A model generated the notes under the pieces. It did no database searches. It had not been told where the DNA came from and was given only the letters and a program-made list of their open reading frames with translations. The position numbers and the translations under genes were made by a program. Of a stretch of 64,000 nucleotides of DNA, positions 44,737-55,468 are shown piece after piece; the stretch's first letter is position 1, and each line of letters begins with the position of its first letter. Source of the stretch: Candidatus Micrarchaeota archaeon (GTDB lineage: Archaea > Micrarchaeota > Micrarchaeia > Micrarchaeales > CABMGC01); contig JAJZKP010000002.1 in NCBI GenBank assembly GCA_021804105.1, positions 6,899 through 70,898 of the forward strand, written 5' to 3'.

Positions 44737-45360
44737 TCAGCGCTTGGCCTTTGCAAGCTTCTTCTTAACGTGCTTCAGCGCAGAAAAAGTGTCCCTGTCG
44801 ATTTCCTCAAGCCGCATCCTTATGTATCTCTGCTGCGCCTGCATTCCTGGTATTACCTTATAATCAAGCGCGTTGACCCTCCTCTTAGTCTTGTCTATCT
44901 CCAGCACAAGCCTTCGCAGTCCTTGCTCCCTCTGCACTACTGCTATTATGAAGTCTGTCGCCTTTGTGAAGGTGTCATTTATGTCATCTACTGCAAGGCT
45001 GGTTGAGAAAAGGAGTTCTGGCTCAACTGCTTTTGGCGGTATCCTCTCAACTTGCGGTATCCGCACACCCATGATGTTCTTTACCCGCATCTTAATCGGT
45101 GGCGCTTCACGCATATGTAAGGCAACATCCTCGAGCTCGAAATCCCCTACATAGGTTGACGCAGTTTCCACTGTCTTGTACGATTCCTGTATCAGTTCAT
45201 TGAGCTTTGACCTGCTCTCCGAGGACTGTTTCAGCATCTTGAGAAACTCGAGCACAAGAACCTCTCTCTTTCTCTTAAGTATACCATAGCCCTTCCTCGC
45301 TACGGTTACCCTCTTCTTGAGGTTGATCAGGTTTATCCTTGTGGGGTTGAGCCTTGCCAT
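44737..45360 (-). CDS. atpD: A-type ATP synthase subunit D
   Basis: [18 protein letters not shown]-terminus and coiled-coil composition. Last gene of the operon, with a TAATG overlap with atpB. Confidence 0.93.
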   Translation of the reverse strand: MARLNPTRINLINLKKRVTVARKGYGILKRKREVLVLEFLKMLKQSSESRSKLNELIQESYKTVETASTYVGDFELEDVALHMREAPPIKMRVKNIMGVRIPQVERIPPKAVEPELLFSTSLAVDDINDTFTKATDFIIAVVQREQGLRRLVLEIDKTKRRVNALDYKVIPGMQAQQRYIRMRLEEIDRDTFSALKHVKKKLAKAKR

Positions 45361-46751
45361 TACGCATTCCCCTTGCCCTTCCTGTAATACTTAGCCACGT
45401 AATCCTTCTTGATCCTAGTGAGGTCCCCCTCGGGCAGCATGGAGAGAAGGTCCCATCCTATGTCCAGGGTCTCCTCTATGGTCCTCCTCTCATAAGTGCC
45501 CTGGCCTATGAACCTTGCCTCGAATTCGTCCCCGAATTTCAGATACCTCTTATCCTCATCGCTTAGTGCCTCGGCGCCGACTATGGCACTCAGGCTCTTT
45601 GCATCCTGAGCCTTTGCATAGAAAGTATACAATTGGTTTGACACCCCGCTGTGGTCCTCCCTTGTCTTCCCTGGTCCTATCCCATTGTTCATGAGCCTCG
45701 AGAGCGATCCCAGGGGCTGTATTGGAGGGTAGATTCCTTTGTTCATCAGGTCCCTGCTCAGGTTTATCTGGCCTTCTGTAATGTATCCCGTAAGGTCCGG
45801 TATCGGGTGGGTTACATCGTCGCTTGGCATTGTAAGGACGTCCAGCTGCGTTATGCTTCCCTTCTTGCCCTTGATTATCCCCGCGCGTTCGTAGATGCTT
45901 GCGAAGTCCGTATACATGTATCCAGGGTATCCTCTTCTCCCCGGCACTTCTTCCCTTGCGCTTGACAGTTCCCTAAGTGCCTCGGCGTAATTTGTCATGT
46001 CGTCAAGTATGACAAGGACATGCATTCCCCTGTCATATGCAAGGTATTCAGCCGTGCTCAATGCAAGCCTTGGAGTAAGGATCCTTTCTATGCTCGGATC
46101 GTCTGCAAGGTTGATGAAGGCAACAGTTCTCTTTAATGCTCCTGTCTTCCTGAATTCGTTTATGAAATACGACGCGTCATCGTAGGTTATCCCTATTCCT
46201 GCAAAAACTACAGCAAAGCCCTCGCTACTGTTCTTGACATTGGCCTGCCTTGTCACCTGCGCGGCAAGCTGATTGTGGGGCAGCCCCGAAGCCGAGAATA
46301 TCGGCAGCTTCTGTCCCCTTACAAGCGTGTCAAGGCCATCTATTGCCGATACCCCTGTTTCTATAAATTCGCTCGGCTTCTCTCTTGCCGTTGGGTTGAT
46401 CGGAGCTCCGTTTATATCTCTTTTCTCCTCGGCAGCCACCCCCGCACTTGTATCCCTTGGCTTTCCCTGACCGTTGAAGACCCTGCCAAGCATGCTTTCG
46501 CTAACCCCCACCGTGAATGTCTCGCCCAGGAAGCTTACTGATGTTGTGTCGATATTTATTCCGTCTGTTGGCCCGAAGACCTGCACTACTGCATACTTGT
46601 CGCTTGTCTCCAGGACCTGGCCAAGCCTGCTTTCCCCATCTGCGGTCCTAATCCTGACTACCTCGTTGTACTGTGCATTCCTTGTCTTTCCCACTACTAC
46701 TAACGGTCCTGCAACGCTCTCTATGGTGCTGTATTCTATATCGAATTTCAT
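45360..46751 (-). CDS. atpB: A-type ATP synthase subunit B
   Basis: 463 aa regulatory subunit ([26 protein letters not shown], no canonical GKT P-loop). Position after atpA. Confidence 0.96.
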   Translation of the reverse strand: MKFDIEYSTIESVAGPLVVVGKTRNAQYNEVVRIRTADGESRLGQVLETSDKYAVVQVFGPTDGINIDTTSVSFLGETFTVGVSESMLGRVFNGQGKPRDTSAGVAAEEKRDINGAPINPTAREKPSEFIETGVSAIDGLDTLVRGQKLPIFSASGLPHNQLAAQVTRQANVKNSSEGFAVVFAGIGITYDDASYFINEFRKTGALKRTVAFINLADDPSIERILTPRLALSTAEYLAYDRGMHVLVILDDMTNYAEALRELSSAREEVPGRRGYPGYMYTDFASIYERAGIIKGKKGSITQLDVLTMPSDDVTHPIPDLTGYITEGQINLSRDLMNKGIYPPIQPLGSLSRLMNNGIGPGKTREDHSGVSNQLYTFYAKAQDAKSLSAIVGAEALSDEDKRYLKFGDEFEARFIGQGTYERRTIEETLDIGWDLLSMLPEGDLTRIKKDYVAKYYRKGKGNA

Positions 46752-46755
46752 AACA

Positions 46756-48537
46756 TCACGCTTTCTCTTCCTCTATCTGTGCCTGGTACTCCTTCAGCAA
46801 TGCCCGGAACTCGGAGTCTATATTATCCTTTACCCTCTTCTCCTCCTTCTCTATGTCCTGCTCCTTGACGCTCTTAAGCCTGCCTATCTCCTCTCTCACC
46901 TTCATCTTAGTTATCTTGTCTGCTTCTATCAGGTGCGCTACTGCGTCATCGGCCTTTGTGCCAAAATAGAGTATTGCTGAAAGCATGACCTTCTGTTTTG
47001 CAAGGCTCGTATATGTGTCTATCTCATCATAGGCATTCTGCCTTAGGAAGTCTTCCCTTATCATCCTCCCTATCTCAAGGACTATTTTCTCGTTGTCAGG
47101 AAGTGCGTCTGCTCCGACAAGCTGTACTATGTCCTTCAATTCCGCCTCGCGCTGAAGCAGCTTCATGGCCCTTATCCTGTCATTCACAAAGCTTTCGCCT
47201 GCATTCTTCACGTACCAGTCCTTGAGGGCATCGAGGTAGAGCGAATAGCTATTGAGCCAGTTTACGGAAGGATAGTGCCTTGCAGAGGCAAGCGCAACGT
47301 CAAGCGCCCAGAAGGTCTTAACGACCCGCAACGTGCCCTGTGAGACAGGTTCGGAGATATCTCCTCCTGCCGGCGATACGGCCCCTATGATTGTTACTGA
47401 ACCAACCTTTCCATTGAGCGATTCCACTTTACCGCTTCTTTCGTAATACTCTGCAAGCCTCTTTGGAAGATATGCTGGGTATCCTTCCTCCCCAGGCATT
47501 TCCTCAAGCCTTGCTGAGATTTCCCTCATTGCCTCGGCCCATCTCGAAGTTGAGTCTGCCATGATAGCAACGCTGTATCCCATGTCCCTGAAATATTCCG
47601 CTATAGTTATTCCAGTATATATGCTTGCCTCTCTTGCTGCCACTGGCATGTTGCTGGTGTTTGCAACTAGCACTGTCCTTTCCATGAGCGGCCTCTTGGT
47701 CTTTGGGTCTACCAGCTCCGGGAACTCTACCAGCACATCTGTCATCTCGTTGCCGCGTTCGCCGCATCCTACGTAAACTACTATGTCTGCATCAGCAAAC
47801 TTTGCAATCTGTTGCTGAATGACTGTTTTTCCCGATCCGAACGGCCCAGGCACAGCAGCGCTTCCGCCTTTTGCAACAGGGAAGAACGTGTCAAGGACGC
47901 GCTGCCCTGTAACCAGCGGCTCCTCGGACCTGAACTTGTTCTTGAAAGGAGACGACCTCCTGACAGGCCTCTTTTGCATAAGCGTTATGTTGGTTGTCTT
48001 GCCACCTTTGGTCACTTTGGCTATCGCCTGGTCTACGGAAAAGCTCCCATTCTTCAGCCCAGATATCTTGCCTTCAACGCCATATGGAACCATGATATAG
48101 TGTTTCAGGTGCTCGGTTTCCTGGACGTATCCCAATATGTCACCGGAGCTCACCCCGGCACCGTTCTTTATGCCCTTTTCTGCAATGAACTTCCATTTCT
48201 TTTTCCTGTCAAGTGCGTCTGCATTTACTCCCTTCCCTATAAATGCCCCTGTCTTCGACCTTATCACTTCCAGCGGCCTCTGTATCCCGTCATAGACATT
48301 GTTGAGTATGCCGGGACCGAGCTCTGCCATTAGCGGCACTCCTGAAGATTCTACCGGCTCTCCTGGGCTTATCCCGGTCGTATCCTCGTATACCTGTATT
48401 ATGGCCTTCTCGCCGCGCAGTTGTATAATCTCGCCTATGAGGCCGAGTTTGCCTACCTTGACAACGTCATACATCCTAGTTCCAAGCATATCGTTAGCCA
48501 CTACGAGCGGCCCCGAAATTCTTTCTATGATACCCAT
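46756..48537 (-). CDS. atpA: A-type ATP synthase catalytic subunit A
   Basis: Walker [10 protein letters not shown], non-homologous insert region, 593 aa, no intein. Confidence 0.97.
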   Translation of the reverse strand: MGIIERISGPLVVANDMLGTRMYDVVKVGKLGLIGEIIQLRGEKAIIQVYEDTTGISPGEPVESSGVPLMAELGPGILNNVYDGIQRPLEVIRSKTGAFIGKGVNADALDRKKKWKFIAEKGIKNGAGVSSGDILGYVQETEHLKHYIMVPYGVEGKISGLKNGSFSVDQAIAKVTKGGKTTNITLMQKRPVRRSSPFKNKFRSEEPLVTGQRVLDTFFPVAKGGSAAVPGPFGSGKTVIQQQIAKFADADIVVYVGCGERGNEMTDVLVEFPELVDPKTKRPLMERTVLVANTSNMPVAAREASIYTGITIAEYFRDMGYSVAIMADSTSRWAEAMREISARLEEMPGEEGYPAYLPKRLAEYYERSGKVESLNGKVGSVTIIGAVSPAGGDISEPVSQGTLRVVKTFWALDVALASARHYPSVNWLNSYSLYLDALKDWYVKNAGESFVNDRIRAMKLLQREAELKDIVQLVGADALPDNEKIVLEIGRMIREDFLRQNAYDEIDTYTSLAKQKVMLSAILYFGTKADDAVAHLIEADKITKMKVREEIGRLKSVKEQDIEKEEKRVKDNIDSEFRALLKEYQAQIEEEKA

Positions 48538-48548
48538 TGCTTCACCAA

Positions 48549-48902
48549 TTATTTGTTAAACATTTTAGTTATATCGATGCCTATTGCCCTCATTATGAGA
48601 TTGCGGAGGGTGTCTTCCTCTGTGATGCCCTCGTTAGGCTCAGGAACCTGGACAACGAGAGGAAGTATGCTCGCTTCCATTGTGTCGTGCAGCCGTCTGT
48701 CCTTCACGAGCCTCTTGACTGATGAACTTACTATTATTATACCGATATCGTCTCTTGCTAGAATCTCCCTAAGCCTTGCCTCAGCAGCCTCAGTCTCAGT
48801 TACCGTTGACGACTCGGTTATTCCGGCAAGCTTGAACCCAAGATTGAGCTGCTGGTTGCCTAAGAGGGCTATTTTGTATTGCTTCTCTACTCTTTCTTCC
48901 AT
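48549..48902 (-). CDS. atpF: A-type ATP synthase subunit F
   Basis: 117 aa, [19 protein letters not shown] typical of the V/A-type F subunit. Operon position. Confidence 0.88.
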   Translation of the reverse strand: MEERVEKQYKIALLGNQQLNLGFKLAGITESSTVTETEAAEARLREILARDDIGIIIVSSSVKRLVKDRRLHDTMEASILPLVVQVPEPNEGITEEDTLRNLIMRAIGIDITKMFNK

Positions 48903-49945
48903 ACTATCAGCCTTTCCATCTCATCCTTGCTGAGCCCATAGATTCTTCCATGTATAAGTATCCTTAGCGTGAAGACCTCGATCTCTTTTAGGTATGAGTA
49001 AATCAATATCGATCCGAATGAGAGTATGCTGTGCTTAAGGAGCCTTACACTCTCGTTGAATATCGAGTTTTTCATGCCTATCTCGAATATCAGCAACTGC
49101 TTCTTCTTGCTGTTCTTGTACACTTCAACTGCGTCCTTCAAGTCGTAAGCCTTTACCTGCAACATCATCGACTCTATATCCTTTGAGCCCGAGTAAAGCT
49201 GCTCCAGTTCTGCCGGCCCTATTCTCCCGTGCATTATTATGCTGCCTGCAAAGTCGGAGAACTTCAGCCCAGCCCTCTTTGCCTTTATGAGTATAAGCAG
49301 GTTCTTCATGTCTATATCCATCTTTAGTATCTGCGCCGGTTCGTTATGTATTATCCTTAGTCCAACTATCGTCTTGCCCAACTCCCTGTAATAGCTCTTG
49401 TCTATGGCCGCAGCAGTGCTTACTGCACTCTTGCTCTTCTTGTAAACTTCAAGCGCCTCTTGTAGAGTAGCCAGGTAGGGCGAATTGATCATGAACTTGT
49501 TCAGCATGCCTTCTACAGAATCTTCCCTCATGGCTTCCTTTATTGCAGCAGCATTGTACCTGCCGAAGTCGATTACATACTTCGATATCGACTCATAATC
49601 CGCCTTCCTTTCCTTTGCCTCAATCGCTAGCTTTACGTTGTAAAGGCCCCACTTGCCGATAACTGCACGTATTAGGCTCCTTTCCGTGGTAGGGGTTATC
49701 TGCACGAGCCTGCTAGTATTCTTCGCAAGGTTCTTGCTTAGCGCAAAATCTACCAGCTCGTTCTTTATTGCGAGGCCTCCAAAGCTCTCCAGGTCCTCTT
49801 TATAGTCGCTCTGGAAGAGAAGAGCTATAATGGAGCTTACATCCTTGGCGTTCATGATCTCCTGCATGGTCTTCTTGCCTATCAGCTTAGCTTCCATGGC
49901 CTTAACCCTGGCGCTGGAATAACCGTAATGCATTGCTGCATCCAT
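48887..49945 (-). CDS. atpC: A-type ATP synthase subunit C
   Basis: About 350 aa helical protein, YGYSSARVKAME start region. Operon position between E and F. ATG at 49945 preferred over the TTG at 49957. Confidence 0.88.
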   Translation of the reverse strand: MDAAMHYGYSSARVKAMEAKLIGKKTMQEIMNAKDVSSIIALLFQSDYKEDLESFGGLAIKNELVDFALSKNLAKNTSRLVQITPTTERSLIRAVIGKWGLYNVKLAIEAKERKADYESISKYVIDFGRYNAAAIKEAMREDSVEGMLNKFMINSPYLATLQEALEVYKKSKSAVSTAAAIDKSYYRELGKTIVGLRIIHNEPAQILKMDIDMKNLLILIKAKRAGLKFSDFAGSIIMHGRIGPAELEQLYSGSKDIESMMLQVKAYDLKDAVEVYKNSKKKQLLIFEIGMKNSIFNESVRLLKHSILSFGSILIYSYLKEIEVFTLRILIHGRIYGLSKDEMERLIVWKKE

Positions 49946-49959
49946 GCCTGATCTCAAGT

Positions 49960-50667
49960 CTATCTCCTCCTCTTGGTTCTCTTCGCCTTGGCACTCTTCC
50001 TTGGCTTTGCTGGGAGTCTCTGCTTTCTCTTCTCTGGTTTGCCCTTGACTATTGCCCTCTCGCTCTTCCTCTCCATCGCATTAGCCGCACGTTCTATCCT
50101 GCGTTCTGCGCTTCCTGAGAATACCTCATCTGCAACCATCTTCCTGATCTCATCAATGCTGCCTTCCACTATGGCATCCACCGTAGCGTTCAGTGCTATT
50201 TTCCTATCAGGTGTGGAGATTATGAAGCCGTCTACATTATCGATCTCTACGGTGTGCTTGCCTTTGGCTATTGCTGCATTCGTCTTGTTGGTCCTGATAA
50301 CAAAGTCGCTGCCCTGATAGACCTCTGCAAACTGCCTGAGGCCGCTTTTTAGCACCTTCTCCATGCCTTCCTCACGCACCCGTCTTGCCACTTCCTTGCG
50401 CACTTGGTCAAGTATGCTCTCGATTACCTTGCTCTTTGCCTCTATGACCATTGAGTTCCTCTCTGTCTCGAGCCCCGAAGATGCCTCAAGCCGCATTCTC
50501 CCTTCCTCGCGCCTGGCTTCCTCCTCAGCTTGCTTGAGGATATCCTTGGCTCGACTCTCTGCATCCTTGATTATTGCAGCTGCCTGGGCATCGGCCTCGC
50601 TCTGCTCGGCCTTCGCCTTGGACTCGGCTTCTCCAAGTATGCTTTTCCTAATGGCTTCTAGCGACAT
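49960..50667 (-). CDS. atpE: A-type ATP synthase subunit E with Lys/Arg-rich C-terminal extension
   Basis: N-terminal coiled coil (AESKAKAEQSEADAQAAAIIKDAESRAKDILKQAEEEA) plus a globular domain. Extra tail KGKPEKRKQRLPAKPRKSAKAKRTKRRR. Confidence 0.88.
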   Translation of the reverse strand: MSLEAIRKSILGEAESKAKAEQSEADAQAAAIIKDAESRAKDILKQAEEEARREEGRMRLEASSGLETERNSMVIEAKSKVIESILDQVRKEVARRVREEGMEKVLKSGLRQFAEVYQGSDFVIRTNKTNAAIAKGKHTVEIDNVDGFIISTPDRKIALNATVDAIVEGSIDEIRKMVADEVFSGSAERRIERAANAMERKSERAIVKGKPEKRKQRLPAKPRKSAKAKRTKRRR

Positions 50668-50679
50668 GTGCTTACCTGA

Positions 50680-50913
50680 TTATATTATGCCGAAGGTCAG
50701 CATTATGAGTATCGAGACTACGAATCCGAAGATGAGCAGCGTTTCCGGAAGCACAAGGAACAAAAGAACTATTCCCATGCTATCCGGCTTCTCGGCTATA
50801 AGCCCAAGTCCCGCGCTTCCTATTCCCGACTGCGCCATTCCTGTTCCTATTGCTCCTCCTGCTATCGCTATTCCGGCTCCTATTGCTGCGTACTCAGCTC
50901 CTGTTAGTACCAT
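50680..50913 (-). CDS. atpK: A-type ATP synthase proteolipid subunit K (c)
   Basis: Two-TM hairpin with Gly-rich helix 1 (IGAGIAIAGGAIGTGMAQSGIG) and the ion-binding Glu in LVLPETLLIFG. ATG at 50913 preferred over the TTG at 50925. Confidence 0.9.
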   Translation of the reverse strand: MVLTGAEYAAIGAGIAIAGGAIGTGMAQSGIGSAGLGLIAEKPDSMGIVLLFLVLPETLLIFGFVVSILIMLTFGII

Positions 50914-52774
50914 TTGTTTCACCAATATTTTTTTCTTCTTTAGTATAAACTCTCTTGTATCCGAAAGGCCTGAACCGTATCCCGTTTCCTATATAGAACT
51001 TTGAGAAAAACTCCACAAAGTTAAGCCTCACGCCTTGCACGATCCCTTCAAAGATTCCAAGGATCATGTTAAGGAAATGAAGCAATGCGAATATTATCAG
51101 GTAAACAATAAATACCAATAAGCCTATGATGCCTCCGCTGAAATGGGGTGTGAAATAAGTGTCTATGAGCAGGGCTATTATTACGGAGCCTAGCCCAAAA
51201 CCCATTATCCTCGCGTAACTTAGCGGGTGCGTTATGAGGTTTATCGTTTCTGTGGCTTCATGTCCGCTTGTTGCAGCTGTTGCAAGTATGGCTACTACCG
51301 CAAGCGCAGCACAATAGAGTGGCAAGCTGCCGCTCGTGATCCCAAACAGAGCGCTTATAGCTATTGTGCCAAAAAGTATTGCTGCTATCGAGGTAAGTTT
51401 GCTAACTGCCATCATCTTATGGCCCCTCTTCCAGTGGTTTATGAATCCGAAGATAAGGCCTATTATTATCTGGACAATTCCAAATATTATGGTAATCCCT
51501 ATTATAAGGGTTGCATCCTTGAGCCAATCGAACCCTGTGAATCCTGGGATGATATACTGGTTCAATTGGAAGCCGAAGTACTGATTGGACAGGAACCCGA
51601 AAAACATGGCTGCTACAGACATCATCTGCCATATCTTCGCCGCATTGTATACAAGCCCGTCCTTGCTGACTATCCTTGATACATATGTAACAAATATGAG
51701 TGATAGAAGCCCATAACCTACATCGCTGACCATAAGCCCATAAAATATCGGGAATGAGAGGACGAATATCCATGTAGGATCTATTTCGTCGCTTCTTTGG
51801 GTTGAGTAAAAATTAAGCAGATACTCGAATGGTTTCAGGATTCCGGGCCTGTTTGTGTGTGTTGGTGCAAGTTCATCATGCGGCAGTGTCTCTACCTCAA
51901 CCTTCCCTTTTGTGATACGCTGGAGCTTCTCTCCGAGCGCCTTGAACCTGCGCTTCTCTATCCATCCCTCGGCTATGAATGTGCTTTCTGTCCTCTTGAA
52001 CATCGATCCGGCATCGGCCCTTTCCAGCTCTATGCCGAGCATCTCGCTCAGGTTAAACAAATGGGAATAGTTCCTCGTGCCTAGCTGATCAAGCTCATGC
52101 GCTATACCATGAAGCCTTCTCTCGTTCTGGGCGCGTTTTTCCCTGACTGTCTTCAGTATGTCAGAAGGATAGCCAGTTACATACTTGGCGGTAAGGTCTA
52201 GCTCTGAGAAGCCCATATCCTTTATCATCGATTCTATATCCTTCTTCTTGTCGTACGCCACGAAAACAAGGAAGCTTTTCTTCATCTTGCTTATGTATAC
52301 CTCGATGCCTTCCTGCTCCTTGACAACCTTCTTGAAGGCTTTTAGTGCCTTTGCATCGCCCTCGAAAGCCTTGTATGCAACGTGTTCGCTTCTTATCCTG
52401 CTGAAGTCTACCCTGACGTGCTGAAATGCAAGTGCTATGTGCTCTGCATTGTCCAGAGCCGCCATATCCTCCTCGATGCCCTTCCTATCATTGCTTAGCA
52501 CGTATATGCGGTCAAGCGCTTTCATGCCCTTAACATCCTTAAGCAGCAAGTCAGCGCTCCTGTGCTTCTCTCCTCTGACCTCTTTCTTTGGCAGTACCTG
52601 GAGTGCGCCGTTTACCTTTATCAGTGAATCCGATATTTCTGTAGAATAAGATGCCGGCTTGTCATCCATGGCATCGAGCTTGCTTTTCCTCAAGTCGATT
52701 ATATTCATCTGGTGCAGCGCCGCAACCACTTTACTCTTGTCCTCTTCAAGGGCAACTATCCTTACCTTCTCCAT
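50894..52774 (-). CDS. atpI: A-type ATP synthase subunit I (a)
   Basis: Soluble N-terminal half plus a C-terminal multi-TM domain with the essential Arg region (HPLSYARIMGFGL). ATG at 52774 (MEKVRIVAL) preferred over the TTG at 52801. Confidence 0.92.
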   Translation of the reverse strand: MEKVRIVALEEDKSKVVAALHQMNIIDLRKSKLDAMDDKPASYSTEISDSLIKVNGALQVLPKKEVRGEKHRSADLLLKDVKGMKALDRIYVLSNDRKGIEEDMAALDNAEHIALAFQHVRVDFSRIRSEHVAYKAFEGDAKALKAFKKVVKEQEGIEVYISKMKKSFLVFVAYDKKKDIESMIKDMGFSELDLTAKYVTGYPSDILKTVREKRAQNERRLHGIAHELDQLGTRNYSHLFNLSEMLGIELERADAGSMFKRTESTFIAEGWIEKRRFKALGEKLQRITKGKVEVETLPHDELAPTHTNRPGILKPFEYLLNFYSTQRSDEIDPTWIFVLSFPIFYGLMVSDVGYGLLSLIFVTYVSRIVSKDGLVYNAAKIWQMMSVAAMFFGFLSNQYFGFQLNQYIIPGFTGFDWLKDATLIIGITIIFGIVQIIIGLIFGFINHWKRGHKMMAVSKLTSIAAILFGTIAISALFGITSGSLPLYCAALAVVAILATAATSGHEATETINLITHPLSYARIMGFGLGSVIIALLIDTYFTPHFSGGIIGLLVFIVYLIIFALLHFLNMILGIFEGIVQGVRLNFVEFFSKFYIGNGIRFRPFGYKRVYTKEEKNIGETNGTNRS

Positions 52775-52797
52775 AGGTTCTGTATGGAACAAACTAA

Positions 52798-53115
52798 TCA
52801 ACCGATTATCTGCTTTGCGGCCTTGCTTCCTATCCTCTTTATAGTCTCCTTGCTTATCTTCATCTTCTCTATCCTCTTCGCAAGTTCTTTTGCTTCAGCC
52901 ATGCCTTTTTCCCTATTCTTTTCGATGTCTTCCCCTGCCTTCTTGAGTATCTTCTCCTTCGTAGCCTTGGCTTCAGTTTCAGCTTCAGCCAGTATGCCTG
53001 CAGCCTTCTCATGCGCCTTGGTTATCCTCTCGTTCTTGTGCTTCCCTGCAGAATCTATTATTGACTTGGCCTTGCTCTCTGCCTCCTGCACGTTTTCTAT
53101 AGACGAATTAGCCAT
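52798..53115 (-). CDS. atpH: A-type ATP synthase subunit H
   Basis: 105-aa highly charged coiled-coil protein, first in the operon. Confidence 0.85.
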   Translation of the reverse strand: MANSSIENVQEAESKAKSIIDSAGKHKNERITKAHEKAAGILAEAETEAKATKEKILKKAGEDIEKNREKGMAEAKELAKRIEKMKISKETIKRIGSKAAKQIIG

Positions 53116-53267
53116 AATCGCACCTTATCGGACCTTATACTAAGCATTATTCTGGGACAAAAAGGCCTCCGATAGTAATACGTGAGTTAAGTTTAAAAGG
53201 ATTGGTGTGACTCGCCAGTATGGGGCTTTGGCTAAGTGTTAATTAATATGCCTTGCATATTTGGTCT

Positions 53268-54317
53268 ATGCTGTATTTTGTCCAGATAGCAACTTTCTTC
53301 GAGGAAAGCTCCTTAAAAGAGCTTGATGGGATGGTTAAGTTCAAGATTATTGACAGGCAGCTTAACAATCTAATAATAGAAACCGGCGGAAACCTGCTAA
53401 AAGCGATCGGCAAAAAGAAGGCAACCTTTGTTTATAGTGCCTTCCCGCTCTATTCAAATGGCCTCATATCTAAGAACGATTACCTAGGTTCGATATACAA
53501 GGCTCTCCTGAAGGCAGTCAAAGGATCTGGTATAGCTAAAGACGAGGTGATACGGCTAGAATGCTATGATATCAACAACAGGGAAGGCTACTCGGCAAAA
53601 GATCTTGAAGTAAGACTGGGCAAAATGCTGATAGAAGACGGATATACTGCAGACCTGATAAACCCTGTGCGCTTTGTTTACCTCATCCTGCTGAACGGCA
53701 CCTGCTATATCGGCCAGGAAAAGTACGAGAACAAAAGCCGGGTCTTGAATCCCCTGCGCCTCTATTCACAGACGGAACATACGAGCAGGGCGGAAATGAA
53801 GATTGCAGAAGCATTCGAGAGTTTCGGTATAAAATCAAGCGGCATTGCCATCGACCTCGGGGCAGCCCCTGGGGGCTGGAGCAAGTTCCTTGCAAGGACT
53901 GGATTCAAGGTTATGGCAGTGGACACCGCCAAGCTTGATTACAAATCGCTCAAAGATGCAGGCCTGAAAGTAGTTGTAGACCCAAAATCATTGCAAAAGG
54001 CGCTGGACGAATGCAACATAGTGCATGTCAGGGCACGCGCAGCAGACTTCCTGAAGAAAGCAAATGGGATTGGCATAGACCTGCTTGCTGATGACATGAA
54101 TATGGACTGCAGATCCTCATCAGCAGAGGTGCTTAAGTATGCATCGCTCATGCGAAAAGGCTCTGTATTAATCATGACGATAAAATGCATAACGCGGAAC
54201 GCGCCCAAGTACGTGGCCCAGGCAAGGAAGATGCTTTCCGCGAAATTCTCTATTAAGGCCATTAAAGTGCTTCCAGTAAACAGGCAGGAGGTGACCCTAT
54301 ACGCGATCAGGAAATAA
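53268..54317 (+). CDS. RlmM/FtsJ-like RNA 2'-O-ribose methyltransferase with N-terminal THUMP-like domain
   Basis: SRAEMKIAEAFESFGI...AIDLGAAPGGWSKFLARTGFKVMAVD matches the RlmM-type SAM-binding region. ATG at 53268. Confidence 0.8.
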   Translation: MLYFVQIATFFEESSLKELDGMVKFKIIDRQLNNLIIETGGNLLKAIGKKKATFVYSAFPLYSNGLISKNDYLGSIYKALLKAVKGSGIAKDEVIRLECYDINNREGYSAKDLEVRLGKMLIEDGYTADLINPVRFVYLILLNGTCYIGQEKYENKSRVLNPLRLYSQTEHTSRAEMKIAEAFESFGIKSSGIAIDLGAAPGGWSKFLARTGFKVMAVDTAKLDYKSLKDAGLKVVVDPKSLQKALDECNIVHVRARAADFLKKANGIGIDLLADDMNMDCRSSSAEVLKYASLMRKGSVLIMTIKCITRNAPKYVAQARKMLSAKFSIKAIKVLPVNRQEVTLYAIRK

Positions 54318-54359
54318 TTTAACTGTGTTCATTTAACATTTGGACAGGGCAAAGATTTC

Positions 54360-55112
54360 ATGGACTATCTGCAGGTTGCTATAAAGGCTTCGTTGGAGTC
54401 TGGCAAGATTTTAAGGAAACACTTTAAGAGAGGAGTAAAGCCCCTGAACAAATCCGATGGCTCCCCAGTCACAATAGCAGATAAGGAATCTGAGAAAAAG
54501 ATAGTCTCAATAATCAGGGCACATTTCCCAGACCATAACATACTCGGGGAGGAATTTACATATGAAAAGACCGACTCAGAATTCAAGTGGATAATAGATC
54601 CGCTGGACATGACAAAGAATTTCTTCAGGGGAGTGCCATTTTATTCAAATCTGATAGCTTTGGAAAAGAAGGGAAAGGTTATAAGTGGAGTTATAAACCT
54701 GCCAGAGATCAATATGCTTGCATACGCCACCATTGGGAAAGGCGCCTTTGTAAATGGTAAAAGGGCCCATGTCTCAAAGACTAAGGCATTGGACCAGTCA
54801 TTTATCGTATTCGGAGACATTGACAAGCACGCAACCGCACCATATACCAGGGGTACGTTCGACTTGATTGACATGTGCAGGTTCAACCGCGGATATGGGG
54901 ATGCGCTCGGATATGTACTCCTTGCAAAGGGCAATGTGGACATAATGCTGGACAGGGGAAAGCCATGGGACGTAGCACCTGGAAAGATAATCGTCGAGGA
55001 GGCTGGAGGCAAGTTTACTGACTATTCCGGAAATGATACCATATACGGCAAGGGGCCAAGCATCGCCACAAATGGCATCCTGCATAATCGTGCGCTCAAA
55101 TTGCTCAAGTAA
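54360..55112 (+). CDS. Inositol monophosphatase family protein (IMPase/FBPase-like)
   Basis: GEE metal site (ILGEEF), WIIDPLDMTKNF (DPLDGT-type), and WDVAPG near the C-terminus. Confidence 0.9.
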   Translation: MDYLQVAIKASLESGKILRKHFKRGVKPLNKSDGSPVTIADKESEKKIVSIIRAHFPDHNILGEEFTYEKTDSEFKWIIDPLDMTKNFFRGVPFYSNLIALEKKGKVISGVINLPEINMLAYATIGKGAFVNGKRAHVSKTKALDQSFIVFGDIDKHATAPYTRGTFDLIDMCRFNRGYGDALGYVLLAKGNVDIMLDRGKPWDVAPGKIIVEEAGGKFTDYSGNDTIYGKGPSIATNGILHNRALKLLK

Positions 55113-55421
55113 ATGGAAGCAGTGGTGTGCCGTAGCCCCCCTTCTGTTTTAGACGGCATTCGACTAAGCGGCTTTTACGCCTTGCATGCTCATTCGTATG
55201 CGCATCGGCCGTTTCATCCACACCTGCACGCTCGTAGTGTCATCGCTTATGTGCAGTAGCGGTCTCGTTTCTGTTCCGAATAGGGCCTTGAACCCTGCAT
55301 ACATCTGCATGGGGAGAGCTTCCTCAGTCATATTGACCGTAGGCCGTCCGCACACCACTATATCGGATTTGCCTTGCATGGTATATAAAACTTCCCGAAG
55401 TTGGGGCTTTGCTCATAAACC

Positions 55422-55468
55422 CTGCTCATAAATCCATTTACTGAGCAGATTTAATATTTTATGAGCAG
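55422..55468. repeat. 11-bp perfect inverted repeat ctgctcataaa / tttatgagcag spanning the start codon of the 55461 gene, plus direct repeats tgctcataaa (x2) and tgagcagat (x2)
   Basis: Read directly: tgctcataaa at 55410-55419 and 55423-55432, tttatgagcag at 55458-55468, tgagcagat at 55442-55450 and 55462-55470. Confidence 0.8.

Noticed and set aside
286-48537. Inteins in nrdJ, polB or atpA, which are common archaeal intein hosts
   Set aside because: Protein lengths (about 800, 807 and 593 aa) and uninterrupted catalytic motifs leave no room for an intein insertion.
50363-51004. 213-aa ORF antisense to atpE/atpK
   Set aside because: Overlaps two conserved ATP synthase genes. Ser/Leu/Ala-rich shadow frame.
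55164-55379. 71-codon minus-strand ORF between the IMPase gene and the low-GC islet (MQGKSDIVVCGRPTVNMTEEALPMQMYAGF...)
   Set aside because: No recognisable family, an in-frame stop 11 codons upstream, and no TATA or Shine-Dalgarno context. It may be a gene fragment left by the insertion, but I cannot support it as a feature.
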